Shown piece by piece: positions 38,701 to 46,595 of a stretch of 64,000 nucleotides of DNA. The stretch is from the NCBI GenBank assembly GCA_963662525.1, contig OY759717.1, forward strand, positions 1,237,670 to 1,301,669. Direction: 5' to 3'. Numbering within the stretch: the stretch's first letter is position 1; each line of letters begins with the position of its first letter. The notes beneath the pieces were generated by a model. That model made no database searches and had not been told where the DNA came from. It saw only the letters and a list, made by a program, of their open reading frames with translations. Made by a program: the position numbers and the translations under genes. The stretch is from Bacteroidales bacterium. GTDB taxonomy: Bacteria; Bacteroidota; Bacteroidia; Bacteroidales; FEN-979.

Positions 38701-39083
38701 GTGTTGTAATATTCCCAGTCACCATACAAACCGATGTTGCTTTGTTTCAGGTCGGAAAGATTATTGAAAATGATGAACTGGATTTTCTCTTCCAGGTTAG
38801 ACTGTAAATTCATTTCTATTTCCTTGATATGCTTATCGGCATATTCAGCTGCATACTGCGCCAGTTCTTTTCCGTTCTGATAGAAATAAGTGTCGAATTT
38901 ATCGAAACGGAAATAGGTCCAGATAAAGTCGTTATACTGAACCCGGCTTTTACCGAAAGCAAGCTGTGAACCGTTATAGAATTGCGAAAAAGCAGGCAGG
39001 GAGATCGCCCAGATGATGGCAAACAGCATAGGCGTTCTAAGCCGGGAAAATACAGAATTATGTGTGGCTTCTACTGTCATCAC
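35748..39083 (-). CDS. Large outer-membrane protein: TolB/PD40-like beta-propeller region plus C-terminal Omp85-type beta-barrel
   Basis: Signal peptide and PD40-like repeats (..DMIAFCTHELGIHKVFLQDLETG.., ..ASLVFSAVQKGQSDIFVYNIASG..). The C-terminus (..FNTELRWP..ADVAWG..FYFSLSLDF) is typical of surface-antigen barrels. Confidence 0.6.
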   Translation of the reverse strand: MMTVEATHNSVFSRLRTPMLFAIIWAISLPAFSQFYNGSQLAFGKSRVQYNDFIWTYFRFDKFDTYFYQNGKELAQYAAEYADKHIKEIEMNLQSNLEEKIQFIIFNNLSDLKQSNIGLYGDWEYYNTGGVTRIIGGRVLVFFDGNYDHFEQQIRAGIAQVILNNMMYGTGIGAQIKNNAIYTMPEWYMNGLISYLSRKWDAEIENHVRDAILSGQYRKFNSLTGEDATYAGHSLWHYIATKYGEASIPNIVYMARLGRNVEKGFQYAIGASFKAVAEEWLAFYKDLYSTQETGRTAPAENPLNVKKKPDRLYNQLKLDPEGDMIAFCTHELGIHKVFLQDLETGKKKRIFRGGYRIADRPDETFPILAWHPSGKILAILTERKGECFLYLYNIEEKSFERQILYNFDKILDISYSDDGASLVFSAVQKGQSDIFVYNIASGSHEQLTKDLYNDLNPRFYNHSADIIFSSNRPNDTLRFDEPLDINKLQFNNDVFLYHYSARRNVLQRLTRTPEINESQPMAYGENYFTFLADESGIINRYLARFDSAISLVDTTTHYRYFTTAYPVTNYSRNILEQDVSLKAAKIAEIVFINRNFRMFASDLIRPGQVEKKTLQPTWFKDRKTRAVEKKVVEQKTDSTLRASEVGTRGKKKHFNSVRVSEIPQVKMVKGDSIRLPDRIADLNRMIILSDSAWRGSRFSKDKPKDTLNKYKFAKQLNYNVEYYIDQMVTQIDFTYLNFAYQPFTGSSVPVFINPGLNGLFMVGITDLMEDYRLTGGVRVNFNLINNEYLFSYSNNRRRLDHQITFHRKAVEEYGYYSIIRHKIHELYYVATYPFTPVLNIKGTASVRWDRAVYLSTDQINLAEPDVNQVWGSIKGELTYDNTRNLGLNLYQGTRYKFFGEYYQMVNTKGNNCIVLGMDFRNYQKIHRTLVWANRLAASTSFGSDKLLYYMGGVDNWLFPSFNLNTPISNDQNYAFQTLATNMRGFNQNIRNGNSFVVFNTELRWPVFRYFYNRPIRSDFLNNFQIVAFGDIGTAWNGWSPWSSDNPLFTQYIYRNPLFIKVEMQKEPLVEGFGFGARTRLFGYFLRADVAWGVEDGRVRKPVFYFSLSLDF

Positions 39084-39138
39084 CAGGGGTCACGGAATGC
39101 TGAATCAGGGAGTAAAGGTATAGAAAATTCAGGCTCCT

Positions 39139-39744
39139 TTATTGCCCGTTCAGGTGAAAGGAAACCAAGGTAGTGGTCTCAAAAACCCTGGCAATACCGG
39201 TACCGGGCTCATATACAATATGTTTAATAAAACCTGTTCCGGGGGCAAAAAATTCTTCACATTCATAATTCTCCCGGTAATGGATCATATGATAGTGATA
39301 GCAGATGAAGGTTCCAGAGGCAACTGTCACACTTTCATTGAGGCCGACCACAGTGACTAGCGAGCTGTCGGCAGTCATATACTGCGCGTTAAGCGTTGCG
39401 GGATAGCGGTAATAAAGCGCAGCTGTCCCTGGTAAAAGAGGGTTTTCCGCGTACAAGAACCACCATCCTTCCGTTGTGTTTTTACAGATGGTCCGGATGT
39501 CGGTATCGTAGGTGAGGATATACCAGGTTTGCACATCGCACAGTGTATCCCTGATCACCTCATTGACATGGAATGACTGACTTGAATCGCTGCGAACCGA
39601 TTTGAAAGTCCAGGTATTCCCGACTTTCAGTGGAAAGATCTCCTTGATGGCAGGAGTTGGAGGATCTGTTTTTTTTGAACATCCGGCCGACAGCATCAAT
39701 GATAAGATGAATGATAAGAAGCAGATTTGCAGGGTTATTTTCAT
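39139..39744 (-). CDS. Hypothetical lipoprotein
   Basis: The ATG at 39744 gives MKITLQICFLSFILSLMLSAGC (lipobox). The ORF-track start at 39777 is a TTG. Confidence 0.55.
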   Translation of the reverse strand: MKITLQICFLSFILSLMLSAGCSKKTDPPTPAIKEIFPLKVGNTWTFKSVRSDSSQSFHVNEVIRDTLCDVQTWYILTYDTDIRTICKNTTEGWWFLYAENPLLPGTAALYYRYPATLNAQYMTADSSLVTVVGLNESVTVASGTFICYHYHMIHYRENYECEEFFAPGTGFIKHIVYEPGTGIARVFETTTLVSFHLNGQ

Positions 39745-39793
39745 GTTATGACCTCTTGAATGGTTAAGGGTATTCAAAGTTAAGGGTTTTCCC

Positions 39794-39801
39794 TAACTTT
39801 G
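39794..39801 (+). promoter_or_regulatory. -7 promoter box TAACTTTG
   Basis: Matches TAnnTTTG, 24 nt before the ATG at 39826. Confidence 0.45.
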
Positions 39802-39825
39802 CCTGTTTTTAATATCGAAATAAAT

Positions 39826-40464
39826 ATGATTCAGATCGAATGCTTTGTCTTTAATAACTTCCAGGTCAACACTTATCTGTTATATGATGAAACGCAGCAA
39901 TGCTTACTCGTGGATGCCGCATGTTATGATCCCCGGGAAAAAAAGGAACTATCTGATTTTATTGGAAATCATCAGTTGACACTTACCCGTTATATCAATA
40001 CTCATTGCCATATCGATCATGTACTGGGAAGTCAGTTCATTGCCGAAACCTACAATATCGACCCGGAATACCATCAATCGGGAGAGCCTTTTTTTCTTAC
40101 TTTGAAAGAAATTGGAATGTCGTTCGGGTATCAGATCGACCGTGTTCCAACTGCAAAGGGATACATCAAAGATGGAGATGAAATCAGATTCGGGACTTCT
40201 ATACTCAAGGTTTTATACACTCCGGGCCATGCCGAGGGAAGCATCTGCTTATATGCAAAAGAAGATGGTTTTGTAATCACGGGGGATGTGCTCTTTAAAG
40301 ATACCATCGGCCGAACTGACCTACCTTCCGGCAATTTTAACCAGCTAATGAATAGCATTAAAATGAAATTGTTTACCTTACCCGACGAAACCCTGGTATA
40401 CCCGGGTCACGGGCCCGAAACGAGCATTGGGTATGAGAAGGTCAATAATCCTTTTATCAGGTGA
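39826..40464 (+). CDS. MBL-fold metallo-hydrolase (glyoxalase II-like)
   Basis: Contains THCHIDH and a downstream ..PGHAEGS.. motif. The ATG at 39826 is preferred. Confidence 0.8.
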   Translation: MIQIECFVFNNFQVNTYLLYDETQQCLLVDAACYDPREKKELSDFIGNHQLTLTRYINTHCHIDHVLGSQFIAETYNIDPEYHQSGEPFFLTLKEIGMSFGYQIDRVPTAKGYIKDGDEIRFGTSILKVLYTPGHAEGSICLYAKEDGFVITGDVLFKDTIGRTDLPSGNFNQLMNSIKMKLFTLPDETLVYPGHGPETSIGYEKVNNPFIR

Positions 40465-40500
40465 CAAAGTAACAAAGTGACAAAGTAACAGAGTGAAGAA
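40461..40500 (+). repeat. 5-unit octamer array GTGACAAA GTAACAAA GTGACAAA GTAACAGA GTGAAGAA
   Basis: Unit 1 contains the TGA stop of the MBL gene (40462-40464). Unit 5 supplies the GTG start of the GT9 gene (40493). Confidence 0.9.
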
Positions 40501-41527
40501 GGTTCTGGTCATACGGTTTAGTTCTATCGGGGATATTGTGTTGACGAGTCCGATCATTCGCTGCCTTAAACAGCAGGTTCCGGATGCTAAAGTGCATTTT
40601 CTTACCAAGCAGCAGTTTCTTCCCGTGATTGAAGCCAATCCTTACATCGACAGGATCTGGCTTTATGATAAAAATTTCAGGGAACTGATCCCGCAACTGA
40701 AATTGGAAGGTTTTGACTTTATCGTTGATCTGCATAAAAATTACCGTTCTTTTTTTGTAATCCGTAAACTGGGTGTTCCATCAGCTTCCTTTCCAAAGCT
40801 GAATTTCCGAAAATGGATGCTCGTGAACTTGAAAATCAACTTTCTCCCACCTGTTCATGTTGTTGACCGGTATTTCAGGGCAACTGAAAAATTAAAGATA
40901 AAAAATGACGGGCGCGGGCTGGATTTTTTCATCCCGGTAAATGAGGAAGTGGATCTGATGACCCTACCCGCAACACACAGGGAAGGCTTTATTGCCATCG
41001 TTATCGGGGGAAAGCACAACACCAAGATCTTCCCGGTGGAAAAACTAACTGAGCTTTGTGAGAATTTATCCCTGCCGGTTATTTTGCTGGGCGGAAAGGA
41101 AGACCAGCAAAGAGGCGAGCTCATTGCTGCTTCAGACAGCTCAACCATATTCAATGCTTGCGGAAAATATACCCTGAACCAGTCGGCTTCTGTTCTTCGG
41201 CAGGCCACATCGGTATTGACAAATGATACCGGACTCATGCATGTCGCTGCAGCCTTCCGGAAAAGAATGGTATCCGTATGGGGCAATACCATCCCTGCTT
41301 TCGGAATGTATCCTTACCTGTCGGAAGGATCGGAAGGAAATTCCTGTATCGCGGAAGTGAAAGGTCTTCCCTGTCGCCCCTGCAGCAAACTGGGTTATCA
41401 GACCTGTCCGAAAAAGCACTTCAGGTGTATGATGGAAATTGAAATAAAGCCGGTGGTGGAGTTTTTGATGCAGGCTGCGGGATTGAGGACAATGGACAGA
41501 GAACAATGGACCAATCGTAAATCGTAA
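40493..41527 (+). CDS. Glycosyltransferase family 9 (LPS heptosyltransferase-like)
   Basis: GT9 hallmarks are present (N-terminal KKVLVIRFSSIGDIVLTSP and ..NDTGLMHVAAA..). It uses a GTG start. Confidence 0.8.
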   Translation: MKKVLVIRFSSIGDIVLTSPIIRCLKQQVPDAKVHFLTKQQFLPVIEANPYIDRIWLYDKNFRELIPQLKLEGFDFIVDLHKNYRSFFVIRKLGVPSASFPKLNFRKWMLVNLKINFLPPVHVVDRYFRATEKLKIKNDGRGLDFFIPVNEEVDLMTLPATHREGFIAIVIGGKHNTKIFPVEKLTELCENLSLPVILLGGKEDQQRGELIAASDSSTIFNACGKYTLNQSASVLRQATSVLTNDTGLMHVAAAFRKRMVSVWGNTIPAFGMYPYLSEGSEGNSCIAEVKGLPCRPCSKLGYQTCPKKHFRCMMEIEIKPVVEFLMQAAGLRTMDREQWTNRKS

Positions 41528-41529
41528 AT
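41487..41529 (+). repeat. Composite array: 2 x 14 nt (GGACAATGGACAGA / GAACAATGGACCAA), then CGTAAAT x 2
   Basis: It encodes the last ~13 codons and the TAA stop of the GT9 gene. The next gene starts at 41533. Confidence 0.8.
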
Positions 41530-41532
41530 TCC

Positions 41533-42306
41533 GTGAACTTCACCGACACCCATACCCATCTTTACGCGGAAGAATTTGATGCCGACCGGGCAGAAATGAT
41601 TGCCAGGGCAGGACAGAAGGGTTTGACCAGGCTTCTGCTTCCGGCTATCGATTCTCTGTATCATAATAAAATGATGGATGTCATGGCTGCTTTCCCGGGT
41701 CTTTGTCATGCCATGATGGGACTGCATCCTACTTCGGTAAAAGCGGATTTCAGGAAAGAACTGGACATAGTAGAAAAACATCTTTCGGATCCTGATCATC
41801 ACTATTGTGCCATCGGTGAAATGGGACTCGATTATTACTGGGACAGAACCTTTGAAAAGGAGCAGGTGAAGGCTTTTGAATATCAGCTAGATCTGGCTTT
41901 GCATTATCATCTCCCCCTGGTCATTCATACCCGGAATTCCATGAAAGAAGCCCTGGAGATCATCGGGAAAAGAAATAATCCGGAACTCCGGGGTGTCTTT
42001 CATTGCTTCAGCGGAGATACGGAACAAGCACAAAGGGCTGTCAAATATGGTTTCATGATCGGTATTGGAGGAGTAGTGACCTATAAAAATTCAGGTTTGC
42101 AAAAGGTGGTGGCTGAAACTCCGCTCGAAAATATACTGCTTGAAACCGACGCTCCCTGGCTTCCCCCTGTTCCCCACCGGGGTCAGCGAAATGAATCCTC
42201 CTATATTCCGCTGATCGCAATGAAAATTGCAGAAATCAAACAGCTCACCCTGGAAGAAGTTGCTGCCATTACCACGAAAAATGCATTATCTTTATTCCGT
42301 GTTTGA
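41533..42306 (+). CDS. TatD-family metal-dependent hydrolase
   Basis: Contains DTHTHL and ..ETDAPWL... It uses a GTG start. Confidence 0.85.
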   Translation: MNFTDTHTHLYAEEFDADRAEMIARAGQKGLTRLLLPAIDSLYHNKMMDVMAAFPGLCHAMMGLHPTSVKADFRKELDIVEKHLSDPDHHYCAIGEMGLDYYWDRTFEKEQVKAFEYQLDLALHYHLPLVIHTRNSMKEALEIIGKRNNPELRGVFHCFSGDTEQAQRAVKYGFMIGIGGVVTYKNSGLQKVVAETPLENILLETDAPWLPPVPHRGQRNESSYIPLIAMKIAEIKQLTLEEVAAITTKNALSLFRV

Positions 42307-42327
42307 GGCGATAGGCGATAGGCGATG
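42307..42327 (+). repeat. 3-unit heptamer array GGCGATA GGCGATA GGCGATG
   Basis: It starts on the base immediately after the tatD TGA stop. Confidence 0.9.
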
Positions 42328-42361
42328 TATTTTCTGATAGTATTCATTTTAATAAAAAAAC

Positions 42362-43390
42362 ATGATTAATCAAACGTCTATTCTCGTAATTTACACCGGA
42401 GGTACCATAGGGATGGTTCAGGATCCCAGGACAGGAAGCCTGAAGCCACTGACTTTCGATAACCTTTACCGTTATCTTCCAGTCCTTGAAAATTTCAACT
42501 GCAGGATTGAATTTTATACCTTCGAGCCCTTGCTTGACTCCTCGAACATGAATCCTTCGTTCTGGACGGAGCTGGCGGATGTCATCGGGAAAAATTATGA
42601 GAACCACGATGGATTTGTTGTTCTTCATGGCTCGGATACCATGGCCTATACGGCTTCAGCCCTGAGTTTCATGCTCGAAAACCTGAATAAACCAGTGATT
42701 TTTACCGGCTCGCAGCTACCCATCGGGATGGTCAGAACCGATGGCAGGGAGAACTTCATTAATTCCATTGAAATCGCTTGTGCCAAGGAAGTAGATACGC
42801 CTATCGTGCCGGAAGTCGCCCTTTGTTTTGAAAACAAACTTTACCGCGGCAACCGCACAAGTAAACTGAATGCCGAGCATTTCGGGGCCTTCATGTCGGG
42901 GAATTATCCCCTCCTGGCCGAAGTAGGCGTACATATCAAATACCATCAGAACCTGATCCTGAAGCCAAATTTCAAGAAACTGAAAGTTCATCCGGACCTC
43001 GATGATAACATCGCCATCCTGAAACTGTTCCCGGGTATCAGCCGGCATGCGGTGGAAGCCATTTTAAACACCCGTGGTCTGAAAGGTGTCATCCTGGAAA
43101 CCTTTGGTTCAGGAAATGCCCCGACAGCTCCCTGGTTCCTCAGCCAGTTGGAGACAGCCGTGAAAAGAGGAATCATTGTCTTTAATGTAACCCAGTGCAA
43201 GGGCGGTACCGTGGAGATGGGAAAATACGAAACCAGCGCTGAACTGGGCGGACTGGGAGTGATCGGAGGCTATGATATCACCACAGAATCGGCGGTGACA
43301 AAAATGATGCACCTGCTCGGATGCGGTTATTCTGTTGATTCCACCCGTCAATTGCTGCAAACTTCGCTTCGGGGTGAAATGACCGTTTGA
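42362..43390 (+). CDS. ansA: Type I L-asparaginase
   Basis: Contains VIYTGGTIGM and HGSDTMAYTASAL. Confidence 0.9.
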   Translation: MINQTSILVIYTGGTIGMVQDPRTGSLKPLTFDNLYRYLPVLENFNCRIEFYTFEPLLDSSNMNPSFWTELADVIGKNYENHDGFVVLHGSDTMAYTASALSFMLENLNKPVIFTGSQLPIGMVRTDGRENFINSIEIACAKEVDTPIVPEVALCFENKLYRGNRTSKLNAEHFGAFMSGNYPLLAEVGVHIKYHQNLILKPNFKKLKVHPDLDDNIAILKLFPGISRHAVEAILNTRGLKGVILETFGSGNAPTAPWFLSQLETAVKRGIIVFNVTQCKGGTVEMGKYETSAELGGLGVIGGYDITTESAVTKMMHLLGCGYSVDSTRQLLQTSLRGEMTV

Positions 43391-43407
43391 TTCAGGAAAA
43401 ATTTTTC

Positions 43408-43415
43408 TATCTTTG
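43408..43415 (+). promoter_or_regulatory. -7 promoter box TATCTTTG
   Basis: Matches TAnnTTTG, 8 nt before the tRNA-Ser 5' end. Confidence 0.5.
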
Positions 43416-43423
43416 CAGCCTCA

Positions 43424-43511
43424 GGAGAGGTGTCCGAGTGGTCGAAGGAGCACGCCTGGAAAGTGTGTGTACGCCAAAAGTGTACCCTGGGTTCGAATCC
43501 CAGTCTCTCCG
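43424..43511 (+). tRNA. tRNA-Ser (anticodon GGA), long variable arm, no encoded CCA
   Basis: Folded by hand at 88 nt: acceptor GGAGAGG/TCTCTCC, anticodon arm CACGC-CTGGAAA-GTGTG, T arm CTGGG-TTCGAAT-CCCAG. Confidence 0.9.
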
Positions 43512-43526
43512 CAAAAACAAAAACAG

Positions 43527-43559
43527 AGGTGTTAGGACTTTTCTAACACCTTCTTTTTT
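43527..43559 (+). terminator. Rho-independent terminator after tRNA-Ser
   Basis: A 9-bp stem aggtgttag/ctaacacct with a 7-nt loop, followed by tctttttt. Confidence 0.7.
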
Positions 43560-44307
43560 AATTATCTTTTATGCATCTGATCGAGAAACCGTAGGTTTTC
43601 CGGTTATCCAGGCGGCTGATCCCTTCATAATCGTATTGCAGAAAGCGACAGAATGCAGCATTGGCAGAATAGGCTGTCGAGGTCCAGTAGAAGCAATAGG
43701 TATCCAGAATCTGGAACTCCCCTTTGATGCTCCGGTACCCTCCGGGCAGGGCGGTAAATCCGCTTTCGTTGGTAGCGCCTACGTTGGGATACATCCAGCG
43801 GCCGATACCAGCTTCTTTGAGCTTGCCTCCGGCTACCCCTTCTCCACCTAAGTAACTACTTAAAACGAACCATTCGTCATCCGTGGGCACATGCCAGCCC
43901 GGCGGACAGATATTCCGCTTATCCTCTACCGCAAACCAGTTGTACAAGCATCCATAGACCCTGGAGTTGGTGGTATCGTTGTTATAATTGCAGTAGGCAC
44001 CGCTTGAAAGTTTCCGCCAGGCATCCCCTTGCACTTCAGGGATTGGATCTCCATTGCGGTAATGCGTGACTTTCAGGTTTTCCACCAACCAGGTCTGCCG
44101 GCCAATCGTAACGGAATGGTAAATATTGCCGTCAAAATCCTTGATCTGAACAGAGGGCAGAAGGTTCTGAATCTTTGAAGGGACCGTCCTCCGTTCTTCT
44201 CCTGCCCTGTTACAACTTTGTATGATAATGATCAGAAAGAACAGCAGGACAAGATAAAGTCCGAGTTCAATCCTTACCGGGGGGTTGTTTGTCTGGCTTG
44301 CCATCAT
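43558..44307 (-). CDS. Fibrobacter succinogenes major paralogous (FISUMP) domain protein
   Basis: Contains ..TIGRQTWLVENL.., ..YGCLYNW.., ..CPPGWHVPTDDEW.., ..GFTALPGGYR.. and ..YFWTST.. Confidence 0.75.
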   Translation of the reverse strand: MMASQTNNPPVRIELGLYLVLLFFLIIIIQSCNRAGEERRTVPSKIQNLLPSVQIKDFDGNIYHSVTIGRQTWLVENLKVTHYRNGDPIPEVQGDAWRKLSSGAYCNYNNDTTNSRVYGCLYNWFAVEDKRNICPPGWHVPTDDEWFVLSSYLGGEGVAGGKLKEAGIGRWMYPNVGATNESGFTALPGGYRSIKGEFQILDTYCFYWTSTAYSANAAFCRFLQYDYEGISRLDNRKTYGFSIRCIKDN

Positions 44308-44638
44308 CTTTAATAATTTGTATAAACTCTATCGGTGCACCGTTTTCTTCAATAAAGGCAACTATATTTCCTTCCGAAGGACTATTGGGTTCTATAATGA
44401 CTTTTTTTCCTTTGATTGCCTCATAGATATCTTCCACCTCAAAAGCAACATGGGGCAGCGTTTTTACGATTTCCGGCAAAGGACAATCCTTCTCATACCG
44501 CATCCACTCTATACCGAATTCACTTTCTTCATACCCACAATGATATATTTTATACTCTTTTAGATAGACCTCTCCCACAACCGGCTTGTCCGTAGGGATG
44601 CCAAGGTGATGGTATTTTAATTTTTTTTTCCGGATCAT
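44267..44638 (-). CDS. VOC/glyoxalase-fold family protein (small)
   Basis: Weak resemblance only (..HHLGIPT.., ..HVAFEVEDI..). It overlaps the downstream gene by 41 nt. Confidence 0.45.
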   Translation of the reverse strand: MIRKKKLKYHHLGIPTDKPVVGEVYLKEYKIYHCGYEESEFGIEWMRYEKDCPLPEIVKTLPHVAFEVEDIYEAIKGKKVIIEPNSPSEGNIVAFIEENGAPIEFIQIIKDDGKPDKQPPGKD

Positions 44639-44664
44639 TATCCTTGCATTTTATTTCAAACTTA

Positions 44665-46593
44665 CTAAAAAATTTGAATATCAATACTGTCGGACGGAAT
44701 ACTATCGGGTTTCTTCAACATCAGCTTTGCCGGACCCCTGAGTTCCACACCAGGAATTAGCTTTTCGGCGTCGCCGGCGGTAATCCAGCCTTTGTTAAGC
44801 ATCTTTCCCGACATCAGCTTATAAAATGCTGCATTGGATTCCCTCAGGTGGCCGTTTTCATCAAAGGAGTATTTGAACCACTTTGGCCGGGGAATGATAG
44901 AAGCCAGGAAAATGGATTCGCCCAGGGTGAGCCTGGAGGCATCCTTGCTGAAATAAAAACGGGCAGCTTCATTGGCGCCATAGATCCCAGGTCCCCATTC
45001 AATAATGTTCAGGTATACTTCCATCATTCTTTCCTTGGAACTCAGTCTCTGGTTCTCGATCAGCCATACGATCAAGGCTTCTTCCAGCTTCCGGGCGATG
45101 GTCTTATTCCGGCTGAGAAATACATTTTTTACGAGCTGCATGCTGATGGTGCTACCGCCCCGTGCAAAACGCTTTTCCTTGATATTCGTGATCATGGATT
45201 CCCGGAAGGCATCGGGCAGAAAGCCCCTGTGCTGGTAAAATCCTCCGTCTTCTGATGTCAGCACGGAAACCTGCAGATATTTCGAAATATGGCCGAGTGA
45301 ACGGAAATTCGGATTTTCGGGACCGACCATAAACGTGCGTACCGGGATATCCCTGTCGTAGGCCGTATAAAGAAAAGATCCGTTGATCCTTGTCAGGTCT
45401 GCATTCCCATAGGAAATCACACTGAACTGATGCCGGTCGAGGGAGGTTTCAAAACGCAGGGAGTCGGGCATGGCCAGATCCACGAAAAAATCAAGGTACC
45501 AGGAGAGGTTACCCCTGACCTTTATTCCTTCAAGGGTGGTGAACAGCCCATGGGGGAAGGAGGAGAAAAGATCCTGAGCCTGAAATTCAGGTTTGTGAAT
45601 GTTTAGCGTGATCTGTTTTGAGGGATGCGGGCGGTAACGGGCATAAGGATGAAATGAAATCCGGTTGAAAGTCACCAGAGAGGCGCTGTCCAGTTCAGCA
45701 TAATCCCTGCCTACATTGATCACATAATCCATCCCAAGCTTTTCCAGGGTCACTGTGTCCAGGCCAATTCTCCGGTGATATGCGGAAAGACCAATCACAG
45801 CGGCGAAACCGGAAATCCGTGTTTGACCGTCATCGGCTACCTGCCCGGCAAGACTGAATGCCAGGGTATCAAAACTGAGGGCAGCATTCCATTGATCCCG
45901 TATGAAAGGGATGGAAATTTTTTCCCGGCCTTCAGGATATAGCCTGAACTCAGCCCTGTTGTTGCGATTGTCGATCCGGCCTGCCAAAGCCCAGAAAGCC
46001 ACTGAGTCCTCCTCAACCTCAATGGTCGTCCTGAAAAAATGATCCCTGATCACGAGCTCTTTAACACTGAAACTTAGTTTATGCCCGTTGGTCAGGCTGG
46101 AAAGACAGAAATTCCTGAGATTCAGGGAAAGCGGGATCTTATCGAATAAGAAAGTCATCAGCCGGTCGGCAGTTCCGGAATAATCGGCAGGAAGGCTCAG
46201 GGTGTCTTCTGACTTTTTCCTGCCCTCTATCAAAAATCTGTAATTGGTCAGGCTATCGCTCCGAATCAGGGAAAGTCGGGCATTTATCAGTTCAACGTCA
46301 TGCAGAGAAATACGGCCGGCAAGCAGTTTCAGTATTCCGACGGAGGCATAGGCCGTATCGATCTTAACCAGCGTATCACCCTGTTCCGGTTTCAGGCTGA
46401 TCCCGGTGGCACGGATGGCCGCCAGTCCTTCGAACCGGACATTGTCCACCTTCAGAATGACCTTTTGTGAAAGGTTAAATGAATGGATCTTCCGCTCCAG
46501 GAAATATTGCAGGGCCACATTCCGGAAAACAAGGCTCAGCAAGATGAGCGACAGGATTCCTGCCAGAAAATAAAAAATCGTTTTCCGTACCAT
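44665..46593 (-). CDS. Membrane-anchored protein with C-terminal GT51 peptidoglycan glycosyltransferase domain and a ~400-aa N-terminal extension
   Basis: N-terminal TM segment. GT51 motifs (EDGGFYQHRGF, RGGSTISMQLVKN, ..RKLEEA..) all lie in the last ~200 aa. No transpeptidase motifs seen. Confidence 0.7.
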   Translation of the reverse strand: MVRKTIFYFLAGILSLILLSLVFRNVALQYFLERKIHSFNLSQKVILKVDNVRFEGLAAIRATGISLKPEQGDTLVKIDTAYASVGILKLLAGRISLHDVELINARLSLIRSDSLTNYRFLIEGRKKSEDTLSLPADYSGTADRLMTFLFDKIPLSLNLRNFCLSSLTNGHKLSFSVKELVIRDHFFRTTIEVEEDSVAFWALAGRIDNRNNRAEFRLYPEGREKISIPFIRDQWNAALSFDTLAFSLAGQVADDGQTRISGFAAVIGLSAYHRRIGLDTVTLEKLGMDYVINVGRDYAELDSASLVTFNRISFHPYARYRPHPSKQITLNIHKPEFQAQDLFSSFPHGLFTTLEGIKVRGNLSWYLDFFVDLAMPDSLRFETSLDRHQFSVISYGNADLTRINGSFLYTAYDRDIPVRTFMVGPENPNFRSLGHISKYLQVSVLTSEDGGFYQHRGFLPDAFRESMITNIKEKRFARGGSTISMQLVKNVFLSRNKTIARKLEEALIVWLIENQRLSSKERMMEVYLNIIEWGPGIYGANEAARFYFSKDASRLTLGESIFLASIIPRPKWFKYSFDENGHLRESNAAFYKLMSGKMLNKGWITAGDAEKLIPGVELRGPAKLMLKKPDSIPSDSIDIQIF

Positions 46594-46595
46594 GA

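Noticed and set aside
39084-39138. A further heptamer-like array (GGAATGC TGAATCA GGGAGTA AAGGTAT AGAAAAT) between two minus-strand genes.
   Set aside because: The periodicity is too weak to distinguish from purine-rich intergenic sequence, so it is not counted among the arrays.
43387-43851. 154-aa ORF on the + strand.
   Set aside because: It runs through tRNA-Ser and its terminator and lies antisense to the FISUMP-domain gene, so it is spurious.
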